Shown: positions 23,799 through 35,300 of the stretch, piece after piece
Position numbering within the stretch: the first letter of the stretch is position 1
How the letters are laid out: the number at the start of each line of letters is the position of its first letter
NCBI GenBank assembly: GCA_043228905.1
Contig: JBHGNT010000009.1
Location: forward strand, 18,972,001-19,036,000
Length of the DNA: 64,000 nt
Source of the DNA: Azolla caroliniana
Lineage: Eukaryota; Plantae; Polypodiophyta
Direction of reading: 5' to 3'
The notes under the pieces: generated by a model
The model's database searches: none
Told to the model about the DNA's origin: nothing
Seen by the model: the letters and a program-made list of their open reading frames with translations, nothing else
Made by a program: the position numbers and the translations under genes

Positions 23799-23944
23799 AG
23801 TGGAGGATCTAGAATATCCCACTTAAGTACAAGGTCCTATTTAAGGCGTTATGGTCAACACTTCTAACTAGATTCTATCTAGGTAACTACGAAGTTACAT
23901 GGTTGACTAACTAACTAAACTAAGTTTAGCTTGATCTTTTAACA
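23797..23944 (-). repeat. Partial third LTR of Copia C, adjacent to the PPT
   Basis: Matches 22501-22648; followed by CGCCCCCTCAAG. Confidence 0.9.
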
Positions 23945-23980
23945 CGCCCCCTCAAGCTCAAGTACGGGGCATTTGATGTT

Positions 23981-26234
23981 CTATTTGGCTTTCGACGTTC
24001 GGATCTTCAATTTGGTTGAAGCAGCTTCGGCTTTGGATGACCGGTATTGTTTCTTTCGGCATCGACGTTTTTGTGACAGTTTCGGTCCCTGCCCCTCAAG
24101 CCTGTGATGAAGGCTTGTTGTGCGAAATTGGTCGACTGCTTTCATCCATCGTGGGTTACAAGTCGCTTTGGTGGAGCTCTTAGGCTCTTGTTTGGCCGCT
24201 ACCCTCATCGCGAAGGTGTAATGATGGGCCATGTACTCGTTGTAGCCGTGCCGAATGACGGGGTTCTTAGCTCTAGATAAGCGTCAAAGTTTTCCGCTCG
24301 CCAATGTGAGCGCCTTCTTTACTCCGGGTGTACGCATGATGGGTACACCAAACTCACTGTCTAGTGAGGGAGCCAACACATCTGAATCACTATCGTCAGG
24401 GTGATTGACTTCGTATTCGGGCATCTTACCTTTGCCTTTCTCCAAGTTCGTACCTGGCCGCAACGTGCTTGGGTCCCATGGGAGCTCTTGTGGCCCACTA
24501 GGCTTTGCAGTAATCAGACATTCTTCAAACATGTGTTCGAAGTGATCTCCATCTTCTACCTCTTGTTCGGCGGATTCCGGGTCGAGTGGAATCGGAGTCG
24601 AAGTTGTCTCTGGTGCGTACCAGGATGCAGGCTCGTCGAAGACTACGTCTCAACTTACCTGAACTACTCGGCTAGAAGGGTTATAACAGTTGTATGCCTT
24701 CTTCTAGGACGAGTATCCTATGAGGATACATTCCTTTGACTTCACGTCAGGCTTCTGTCGTTGTTCATTCGAGATGCGTACATTCGCAATGCTTCTGAAC
24801 ACCTTGAGGTGCGACAGGATCGGCTTCCTTCTGACGAGCAGCTCGTATGGAGTTAGCACATGCACTCCATTAGTGGTGCATCAATTCATGAGATAGAAGG
24901 CCATGGATGCCGCTTCGACCCAATAGAAATTCGGCATGTGCTTCTCATGAATCATGGCGCGTGCTACCTCGAGTATTTGCCTATTCTTCCTTTTGGCTAC
25001 ACCATTTTGTTGGGGTGTGTGTTGGCGCAAGAATTCTCTCTGAATGCCTTCAGTTTGGAGATAGGAGGTGAATTCGTCAGAGAAGTACTCCTTGCCTCCA
25101 TCCGATCGTAGGCATCGAATGTGCCGACCGGTTGCTTTTTCGACTTGGCCCTTGAGTTTTTGGATGTGGGAGAACACTTCACTTTTCTTCTTCATTGGGA
25201 AGATCCACGCGTAGCGCGAGTAGTCGTCGATGAAGGTGATGTATAATCGGCATCCGTCGATCGTCAACGTTTGAGCCGGTCCCCATACATTCGAGTGTAT
25301 GATGTCGAGGAGGCCTTTGCTTGCGTGGCTCTCCTTCGGGAATGGGAGTTGATGTTGTTTGCCGAGTTGACACGTTTCGCATACTCGGTTGACTCGTTTC
25401 GACTCGAATGTTAGATGTTCGATGACAACTCCCTTCGTTTGCATCCTCAAAGCTGTTGGAGGTTTATGTGGCCGATTCTCTTGTGCCACAACTCGATGCT
25501 TGTCTTGGTTTTGAGACTTTTAGCGTACATTGCCGATTTCACCTCGTTTAAATCAAGGATGAACATTTGGCCGTCTCTCCGCCCCTTAGCTATGAGTCGG
25601 CCATCTTTCTCAATGAAACAACCTTCATTGTTGAAGCGGACTTGCATGCCTTGCTCCATGATTTGGCCGACCGAGACCAAATTCTTCATTATTGTGGGCA
25701 TGTGCAAAACATTCTTGATGCAAGTTTGTTCACCTTCTTTCCCGAATGGGGTATTGCCGATGTGACAAATGGGGTGCGTGGTGTCGTCTCCCGTCTCTAT
25801 GAAGCTGGGTCGATCCGGCGTGCGTAAATCACGAAACCACTCTTCGTGAGATGTCATGTAATGTGAGGCGCCGGAATCGACGAACCACACGTCTTCCGAG
25901 TTGGAGGTGCTTACGGAATTGGAGGCCGACATTGAGTTCGCTCTATGGCTCATTACGAATAGTCCGCTGTAATCATCGTATTCGGAGTTGACGGCGTAAT
26001 TTGTGACTTGTCAACTTGCGGAAGCTGACTCACTTCTCTTCTTCCGACATTCCGTCTCGTAGTGGCTGACTTTGCCGTAATAATTGCAACTTGCGGGCCT
26101 CGTTTTCCGACCATGTTCAGTGTGGAAGCTCCCCCTTCTTCTAAACGTTCCTCAATGGATTCCAGGAAGGTTTGACTTCCCTTCGTGTGATGGGTCAAAT
26201 TGACCTCTTCTACCGCCGTGACCTCCTCCTCGGC
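23981..26234 (-). pseudogene. pol: Copia C gag end, protease and integrase remnants
   Basis: WFVDSGAS; LWHKRIGH; CETC; TFIDDYSR; SDGGKEY; QQNGVA. Confidence 0.9.
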
Positions 26235-26643
26235 TGTCATGAACACATGACCATTATGGCGTCACCCGAACTTGAACCTCGAACCTTGTAATTCATACTT
26301 GAAAACCTCAACCATTAAGATAGCTTATTGTTATATGAAACAATAAAAGCTACTTCTTGTATTACATTGATTATTGTAAAAACTCTAGATTATTCTAGAA
26401 TGTTCTAGAATGTCCTAGAGCATTCTAGTTCTAGAACATTCTAGAACATTCTAGAAATCTCTAAGCTATTCTATAGGAACCTATAAATAAGCGCATACAT
26501 GTATTCTCAAATCAATTCGAATCAACACCAGTCTTTAGCTCTCATTACATATCTTGTATCCATTCTCTTTCCTTCTCTATCTTATACATCCATTCTTCTC
26601 TATCCTTCTTCCATCACTCTATCTTTTATCCTTGGTTCTGACA
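26235..26643 (+). repeat. 5' LTR of the Tcn1-like element
   Basis: TGTCA..TGACA; TATAAATA at 26482. Confidence 0.96.
26393..26456 (+). promoter_or_regulatory. Heat-shock element array
   Basis: TTCtaGAAtgTTCtaGAA and TTCtaGAAcaTTCtaGAAcaTTCtaGAA, about 25 bp upstream of TATA; second copy at 38673-38736. Confidence 0.78.
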
Positions 26644-26645
26644 GT

Positions 26646-26657
26646 TTGATTCGAATT
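26646..26657 (+). other. Self-priming PBS (TTGATTCGAATT)
   Basis: Exact reverse complement of 26514-26525, which lies about 30 nt after TATA. Confidence 0.82.
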
Positions 26658-26707
26658 CTCTCACTCTCTCTCTCTCACTTATCCTCCTTTGTAACCATCC
26701 TGAAACC

Positions 26708-27871
26708 ATGGCTGCCATTAACTCAGAAGAATATCTCACCCTTGTTGCAGAAATGGAGAACCTTAAATCCAAGTTCGCATCTCTTGAAGTAGAGAATCAA
26801 CGTCTACTTGGGGATCTACAAAAGGTTACTATAGAGAAGCAACAACAACAAGAGGAGTTCACGCGACGAGTGCAACAGTTAGAGTCAACAATCGTCGTGT
26901 TACAACAACAAAGGGTTGAAGGTCAGGGACTTATCAAGGAGCCCAAAATTAGCCTCCCAGCTAAATTTGATGGGTCGAGGGCGCATTTTCGAGGTTTTTT
27001 GAATCAAGTACGGTTGGTGATTCAAATGCATCCCGCACGTTATCCAACAGATGCATCACGAGTCGGGCTAGTGGGCACTTTATTGATTGGCATAGCGTTG
27101 TCATGGTTTGCTCCATTGCTAGAGACCAATTCTCCTCTACTGAATAATTTCGAGGAATTTATCAAGGAATTTAAGGCTTGTTTCGGAGATACTGATGGGG
27201 CGAGAACAACTATCAACAAGATTCGTACACTTCGTCAAGGTGATCAACCAGCTTCAACATATGATGCCAATTTCCGTCTCATCGCAAGTGATATTCCTTG
27301 GGATGAACAAGCCCTAATGGAGCAATTCCGTTCAGGCCTTCGTAGTGATGTCAAAGACTTACTTCTTACCTTCCCCGAGGATCCAAGGTCACTTACAGAA
27401 GCTATTAGTCGAGCAATACGGTGTGATAATCGCCTTTTTGAGCGTCGATGTGAGCGACAACAACAAATAACAAGATCTAGATTCACACCAACTTATGGAT
27501 CAGTAACGGTGCAATCATCCCCAAGGCAAATGTATAGCCCTGCTCCAACTCCAAGGCAAACACGTAGTCCAATCCCAATGGATAGTCCTACACCCATGGA
27601 GATCGATATGACTCAACGACGAGGACCGTTGTCAGACGAAGAGAAGCAACGTCATCGAGCAAACCATCTGTGCTTATATTGTGGAGGTCCAGGACATATA
27701 GCCATTCATTGCTCCCGTAGGCCGAGACGTCAGGTAAATCAAATTCACTATGACAATAAAAATGAGTCCAACATTTTAGAAGTAGTTAGTGAATCTAATA
27801 TTATGAATAATCCACCCTTGTCCAATAAATTTGAAGTCCTAAGCCAATTAGAAGAGGAGTCAAACGAATAA
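26708..27871 (+). CDS. gag: Gag, 387 aa (coiled coil, capsid, CCHC knuckle)
   Basis: PAKFDGSR..FLNQ; LRQG; QFRSGL; PTPMEID; CLYCGGPGHIAIHC. Confidence 0.92.
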   Translation: MAAINSEEYLTLVAEMENLKSKFASLEVENQRLLGDLQKVTIEKQQQQEEFTRRVQQLESTIVVLQQQRVEGQGLIKEPKISLPAKFDGSRAHFRGFLNQVRLVIQMHPARYPTDASRVGLVGTLLIGIALSWFAPLLETNSPLLNNFEEFIKEFKACFGDTDGARTTINKIRTLRQGDQPASTYDANFRLIASDIPWDEQALMEQFRSGLRSDVKDLLLTFPEDPRSLTEAISRAIRCDNRLFERRCERQQQITRSRFTPTYGSVTVQSSPRQMYSPAPTPRQTRSPIPMDSPTPMEIDMTQRRGPLSDEEKQRHRANHLCLYCGGPGHIAIHCSRRPRRQVNQIHYDNKNESNILEVVSESNIMNNPPLSNKFEVLSQLEEESNE

Positions 27872-29802
27872 GTCCGGCCAAAATAGGAGCCATTTGGTTG
27901 GACAACCCTAGATATGTACAACCTAGTGTGGGTTCCATTTCTTCCAAGCATGTTAGTAGAGTCTTCTCAGCCGTAGTACAAGTTAGGACACCCAGTTGTC
28001 AACTTCAAGTCCAAGCCCTCTTAGATACTGGAGCCAATTCTTGTTTCATGGATAGAGATTTTGCCCAAAAACACCAAATATCCTTGCATACACTTCCTTG
28101 TCCAGTTTCCGTAGTAGTGATTGATGGACGCCCCATAGCTTCCGGGAAGATATTTGAAGAGTCTGAGTCAATACACATACTCTTGGGTAATTTAGGATGT
28201 GTAGTTTCCTTTAACATAATCCGTAGTCCTGAGCATCCAATTGTCCTCGGTTTGCCATGGTTCGAGCTACATAACCCTAGAATCGATTGGAGGAAGCGAG
28301 AAATTAGGTGCCCTTTAGTAGAAAATATCATTGTCAAGGATCGAACTCGGGATTATCCTCCCAAAGTATATAGTTCTACCGATGCACCATATCCTTCTCA
28401 TCAAATTTCAGCCATCACATTGCAACAATTACACCAAGTGGGAGGCAAGGAGGACATTTTCTTATTTGCAGTATCAGTGACACCTTCTAGTGTCACTCAA
28501 GGGAATTCAGACATCCAAATTCCCAAAAAATATCTAGACTATGCTGATGTTTTCGACAAAGTCAAAGCTAGTGTTCTTCCAAAGCATCGACCGTACGACT
28601 GTCCTATTGATCTCCAACCAGGAAAAGAGCCTCCATGGGGTCCGATTTACAACTTATCACCCACTGAGCTTGAGGTTCTTCGAGAATACATCGAGGAAAA
28701 TCTTGCACATGGGTTTATTCGACATTCAAAGTCTCCAGCTGGTGCTCCTATCTTTTTTGTGAAAAAAAAGGACAGCTCCCTTCGTTTGGTCGTGGACTAT
28801 CGAGGCTTAAATAAAGTCACCATAAGGAATAGGTATGCTTTACCTTTAATCTCCAATCTCTTACAACGCATTGGTGGGGCAAAGCATTTTACCAAAATTA
28901 ATCTAAGGGGTGCATATAATCTTGTTCGAATTCGGCCGGGAGATGAGTGGAAAACAACATTTCGTACTCGGTATGGTCATTTCGAGTATACAGTCATGCC
29001 TTTCGGGCTCACAAATGCACCTGCCGTATTCCAACATATGGCAAATGACATCTTCCGGGATTTCTTGGATATTTTTCTAATCATCTACCTAGATGATCTA
29101 TTGATTTACTCTAAAACACAGGGGGAGCACGATATACATGTGCGGCAAGTACTTGAACGCCTAAGGAAGTATGGTCTTTACGCCAAACTTGAGAAATGCA
29201 GTTTTGATTGCAAACAAGTCGAAGTTTTGGGATACACTATTTCATCCCAGGGTGTTTTCATGGACCCGGCAAAAGTCCAAACAATATTGGAATGGAAACC
29301 CCCATGCTCAGTTCGGGATGTCCAGTGTTTCCTCGGATTTGCGAACTTCTATCGCAAATTCATACATAATTATTCAAGAATTGTGTTGCCCCTTACTCAA
29401 CTCACCAAGAAAAATCAAGCATGTTTTTGGAGTATCGAAGCGGACAAGGCTTTTACGCAGCTAAAATAGGCATTCACATCAGCACCCATCCTAGCACATA
29501 TTGATCCTGAAAAGCCATTTACTATTGAGGCGGATGCATCAGACTTTGCATTGGGGAGTATCCTATCGCAACCAGGCGAGGACGGGCAGATACATCCAGT
29601 CGCGTTTCAGTCGAGAAAGTTTACTGTTTCGGAGATAAACTATGAGGTGCATGACAAGGAGTTACTAGCTGTGGTCGACTCATTCGAGCAATGGCGTCAT
29701 TTTCTAGAAGGATCACCTCATCAGATTATCATTTATAGTGATCACAAAAATCTCACATATTTTCAAACAGCTCGAGTATTAAATAGACGACAAGCTCGGT
29801 GG
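27865..29802 (+). pseudogene. pol: Pol 5' part (protease, RT, RNase H) in the -1 frame relative to gag; premature stop at 29469
   Basis: LLDTGA; VVDYRGLN; MPFGLTNAP; YLDD; EADASD; DKELLA; SDHKNL. Confidence 0.92.
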
Positions 29803-30276
29803 TGTTATGTACACATAACGTTGGTGAGGGTAGGTCACTAATATTTACATTAGTGAAGGGTATGTTCACTATTATTAAAAAGGGGACTAATGATTGGATA
29901 GAATGAATGATATGTGCATGCACTATCATGATTTAGACAACCAATGAATAGAGAGCCTTTTAGAAAGGCACATCTATTCAAGGGGCCTAGGAAAAGGTAT
30001 AAATATGAGGCTTAGCTACCCTCATAGGGATGATCACGTCGGAAGGCTGCTGTCGTAGACACCGGTGGTGCGGGCTAGGCTTTCGTCTTGACGATCGTGT
30101 TTATCTCTTCCAAGGTATTAGTCATCCTAATATCCGGCGGTATGGGACGTCGGTGGTAGGTTGGCTATGTCTAGATCATAGCTCGGGGGTGGTCGGGTGG
30201 AACGGGTTCTTCTATCCAATCTATTTTCTTCCTTTTTACTTGATTTGGTCTATTGATTAGTAATAGACTCTTAACA
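29803..30276 (+). repeat. 5' LTR of the nested chromovirus
   Basis: TGTTA..TAACA; TATAAATA at about 29998. Confidence 0.96.
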
Positions 30277-30519
30277 GTGGTATCAGAGCTTTTACTAACA
30301 ATTTTTTTGTTGTTTTGATGTTTTTTGCGTGTGAGCGAGGGGGATCTAACAAGGCTCGTCATGCTCTTCTCAGGATCAAAACAACACTTTAAACCCGGTA
30401 TTCTTCTTTTTTGATCTCTTCTCTTTTTCTATTATGCTTTATGGTCGAATCAAATTGGTATTACGTTTTATTCTCTTTCTTTCTACCTCCTACTACGCTA
30501 CGATTTTACTTATTATTAT

Positions 30520-30960
30520 GCATCGGGCCGAGCGTGTTTGCACTAATCGCACACGCTCAACTCATGGCCTTTTGCATATTGCGATATATATCCCACTCTC
30601 TCCTCTCTTGAACTCTTACGATAATAATTATTCTTGTGCATTGGGTCGAGCGTGTTTGCTCTAATCGCACACGCTTATCTCATGGCCGTTTTGCATATGA
30701 TGTTGAGTATACCACTCTTCCCCTCTATTGAGCCATCACTTGGCCGACTCTAAGGGATGATGTGGCCTTGACGAGGTGTATGTTGCCTACCTATGCCACT
30801 CTACTCTCTATTAAGCCATCAATTGGCCGATTCTATGGGATGTTGTGGCCTTGACAAGGTATATGTAGCTTACATATGCCACTTTCCTTTTTAATTAGCC
30901 ATTACTTGGCCGATTCTAGGGATATGTGGTGGTCTTGAGGAGGTGCATGTCAACTACCCT
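30520..30960. repeat. Tandem repeats in the long 5' leader (2 x ~120 bp with a hairpin; 3 x ~82 bp)
   Basis: GAGCGTGTTTGC.CTAATCGCACACGCT twice; GCCAT.A.TTGGCCGA.TCTA.GG three times. Confidence 0.75.
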
Positions 30961-31942
30961 AGGGTTTCGTATCTTAGGGCATGTTTGATTCCATACACCT
31001 AATTGTTGATTATTCTAATTAAATTTTAATTTCATAAGTATTGTTTCACTTATATGATTTTCTAGTAATTATTATTTACCCGCCCACAATTAACTCTCCT
31101 TTTTCCACTTCCTTTTCATGTATAAAGTATTTACATCGTTTATTTTAATGTAACCTTTACGTGTAGACTATTTTTTCGTATGGAGTGGCTTGTTGAACGA
31201 TTTTTTTTTCAACGGGTCATCTAGGTTTAACTCTTATCATCAAGCCTTAGAAAACGAGTAAAACCATATGAGTTCCCTTATTGATGTTTTACTCATGGAT
31301 TTGAGTATTACATCTTTGCGCACAACACCGTCATCACTTGTATCAATTTGTGGCTTATGTCACAATTGTGCAAGTTATAACAATCATATTGGGATGTATA
31401 TGTGCATACCTTGCACTTCCCATTTATTTGTGACATTGTTTTTTTCGTAGGTAACACATGGGTTCTTTTTTTTTACCCTTGTTTTCGTCACTACTTAACT
31501 CTTATGAGTAGTGCCTTATTTTATCATTTTATCATCACGTTTGCTTATTGCTCGCAAGACTAGAATATTACTTGTGAGTGCACTTGTTTTTTCACGTAAT
31601 ACACTTTCTCGACCATATAATACATGATGGGTTGGCATTAATATAAGGCTATCTAGGAAATTTCATTGATGTAAGAACCATGGTTGAGCCTCGGGGAGCC
31701 GCCATGATTACTCAAGATAGAGATCCGAGAAATACATCTTAGCTATGTTTTCCCCCATGGTTTTTAAAACACCATAGTGTTACCATAGTTATCGGATCTC
31801 GAATCACATCTCATATGTCTGGAGGGGTAAAGACATGAGATACTTTCTTGGATAAAGTTCTTTCAATCAAAATTTCAAGCATTCATTTTGCTTGTGTATT
31901 TTCTGAACCTCCTTATTTTATTGCATACCCACAGCGTGCATC

Positions 31943-32390
31943 ATGGAACAAGTTTTGAACGCAGTTGGAACGATCTCTCCAAATGAGACCTCTCAACCCC
32001 AATCCGCATCTCGCACACAAGCTGAGATCACTATTGAGCAATTGCTCACTACTACCTTGAATCAATTGGCCGAAATGAGACAGGCCAATATGGCATTGGA
32101 AAAGAAATTCCAAGAATTAACTATTGAGTCCAAGAAATAAGGTGAACCTTCCTTCGTAGTCACGCCTTTCAAGGGAGATAAGAAAGAAAGAACCGAGGAG
32201 GCCATTAGCACTTGGCTTGGTCGTTGGGAGTCTCACTTTGAGCTTCATCCCAAGCCCGATGCAGTAAAAATTGGTTATGTCGGTCGTGAGTTAGGTGGCC
32301 GAGCTGCTGCTTGGTGGCGTGGCCTAAGGACCGCAAAAAAACTTACCCACAACTTGGGAAGGTTTCGTTGATGTTTTTAAGAAACAATTC
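31943..32390 (+). pseudogene. gag: gag N-terminus disrupted by TAA (32138-32140) and a frameshift at an A7 run (about 32335-32341)
   Basis: Reading continues ..PFKGD..WL..GRAAAWW.. and then in a new frame as LPTTWEGFVDVFKKQF. Confidence 0.78.
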
Positions 32391-35300
32391 TTGCAGCCAC
32401 CTTCTCAAACCGAACAAGCGCAACACTTGCTCACATTGTCTAGTAAGCCATTTACCTCTCTCGAGGATTATGTGCATCACGCTCGGACCCAGATCCAAAA
32501 ATCGGGACTTACGGGTGAGAAATGGTTTGTCGCTTGTTTTTTGAATGGTATTCCCAATGGGGATTATCATTGGATTGTCCATGACAAGGACCCCACAACT
32601 TTCGAGGAAGCCGTCAACATTGTGCTGCGATACCATAGGACTTCCAAGAAAGACCACAATAAACCTGAGTTCGCCAAAACTCCGAATGTCAAGTTCATTG
32701 GGAAACGTAAGCAATCCAGTGACACTCTTGACCGCGACTCAAAGAAACCGAACCTCTTCTGTGCATATTGCAAGAAGCGGGGCCACACAAAGGATACCTG
32801 TCGTCGTCTTGAGAGGAAGTCAATGAACACCCCTCCTCAAGACAAATCTACGAGTCACACAGGTGAGTCTTTTGATATTGTTGAAGTTCATACCAATCAC
32901 TTAAGTTTATGTGAATGCACTTTTCCTTCACATTTACTTGGACCTAATGATTTACTCCGAGCAGTCGGATATATCAATGGAACACAAGCACATTTCTTGT
33001 TTGATTCCGGTAATTCTCACAATTTTCTTAATGATCACTTTGTGCAGCAAATGGAGCTCCACATAAACGCAAGTGATCATATCTATCAAGTTCACATGGC
33101 AAATGGAAACGTTCAATACATCAGTGGCATTGTTTGTCAACTGCCAATTCAAATAGATACTTATTTGGAGAAGCTTGACTTTCATGTTATGAAATTACAA
33201 TCCGCAGATGTCATTTTAGGATATCCTTGGTTTTTTAATAAAAACCCTTCTTTGTCCATTGATTGGGTTAATCACTCAATCACATTTGAACTTAATAATT
33301 GTAAACATTTTATTCAATGTTCCAAACCTCCTTCTCATTCACTTGTGTCTTCTAAATCTTTAAGTGAGTATTCTAGTTCATTAATTTATTCGTGTGTAAT
33401 TGATCCTGCGGTTCAATTTTATTATTTTAATATTGACGCCACACAATTACCACATTTTGAGCAACGATTACTCGACTCTATTTTAGAGGATTTTCAAGAT
33501 GTGTTTCCTACTGAATTACCGCTTACTTTACCACCTAAACGTAATGTGGACCATCAAATTGAACTCATCCCTGGGGCTGCTCCTGTGAGCATTCCACCTT
33601 ACCGACTTAGTCGATTAGAAGAGGATGAGATCGCTAAACAACTTAAGGAATACTTGAGTATGGGCCACATTAGGTATAGTAAATCACCTTGGGGTGCGCC
33701 AGTTCTATTAGTCAAGAAGAAGGAAGGTTCGTGGCGAATGTGTATCAATTATCGCCGTTTGAATAAAATGACAATTAAGAATGCATATCCATTACCTCGT
33801 GCCGATGATTTGATTGATCGTTTGCACGGGGCTCGATATTTTACGAAAATTGACTTACGAACTGGTTATCATCAGATTCGCATCGCCGAGGATGATATTC
33901 CTAAAACCGCTTTTCGTACGCGCTATGGCCATTATGAGTTTTTAGTCATGCCGTTTGGGTTGACTAATGCTCCAACCACATTCCAACAAGCGATGAATGA
34001 TGTTTTCCGAGATCAACTCGGTGATTTTGTTGTCGTCTTCTTGGATGATATTTTGATATATAGCCGTACCTTGCAAGATCATGTTCAACATGTTCGATTT
34101 GTTTTGCGAAAGTTGCGTGACAACTCTTTCTATGCAAAACATTCAAAATGTGACTTCTTCCAAAAATCTATTGTGTACCTAGGTCATTTAATTACAGAAA
34201 ATGGCGTTGAAATTGAACCTTCTCGTATTGAAAAGGTTAAACTTTGGCCCATTCCTCGTAATATTCGTGAACTTAGATCATTCTTAGGGTTTGTTGGATT
34301 TTTACGAAAATCAATTCGTAACTATTCCAAATTGACTACACCATTAACTGACCTTTTAAAAGGTCATCCACGTAAGTCTGTCAAACCAATTTCATGGAAT
34401 GAACAACTTGACAAATCATTTGAGACACTCAAGGAGCATGTGTGTCAGGCTCCCACTCTTCTATTACCAGACCCTTCTAAGCCTTTCTCAATTGAAACCG
34501 ATGCTAGTGATTATGCTATTGGTGCCGTTCTTTATCAAGGTGGTCACCCTATTGCTTTTGAAAGTAAGAAGCTTGATGCTGCTCAATCTCGGTATTCGGT
34601 TCAAGAGAAAGAGTTGTTTGCGGTGATACACGCACTTAAAACATGGAGGCACTATCTCTATGGAAATAAATTTGTGGTTACAACAGACCATCAATCATTA
34701 AAGTATTTTTGTGACCAGCCCGATCTTGTTGGTCGTAAAGGCCGTTGGGCTGACCTTATGCAAGATTTTGATTTTTCCATACGATATCGGAAGGGTTCTA
34801 TGAACACCGTTGCTGATGCTCTTAGTCGCATTAAAGAAGTTAACATGCTTAGCTTCACGGAAATAAAATCTGATCTTTTAGATCACCTTCGAGGGAAATA
34901 CCTTGATGACAGTTATTTCTCAAAATACTGGACGAAAGCCGAATCTGGTTTAGATGCCGATACTAGCACCCTACCCTCGAAGGCGACCTTTCACATTACA
35001 AACGGTTTGCTCTACCGTAGTGGAAAGGTCTGTGTTCCAGATTTACCAAATGTTAAACAGAAAATTTTTCATGAATGTCATGATGCACCATCTGTTGGTC
35101 ATCCTGGAATACAACGCACACTCGTTCTCATCTCGTGTACTTTTTTCTGGCCTAAGATGCGCTCTAACGTGCATAAATACGTAACTCAATGCTTACAATG
35201 TCAGATTAATAAGTCGGAACGACTTAAAGCTGCTGGTCTTTTACATCCCTTAGATATTCCCAACAATAAATGGGAAAGTATCTCGATGGATTTTATTGTT

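Noticed and set aside
32335-32342. A7C run as a programmed -1 slippery site
   Set aside because: The shift needed to restore gag is +1, falls mid-capsid and follows an upstream stop; a homopolymer indel is the better explanation.
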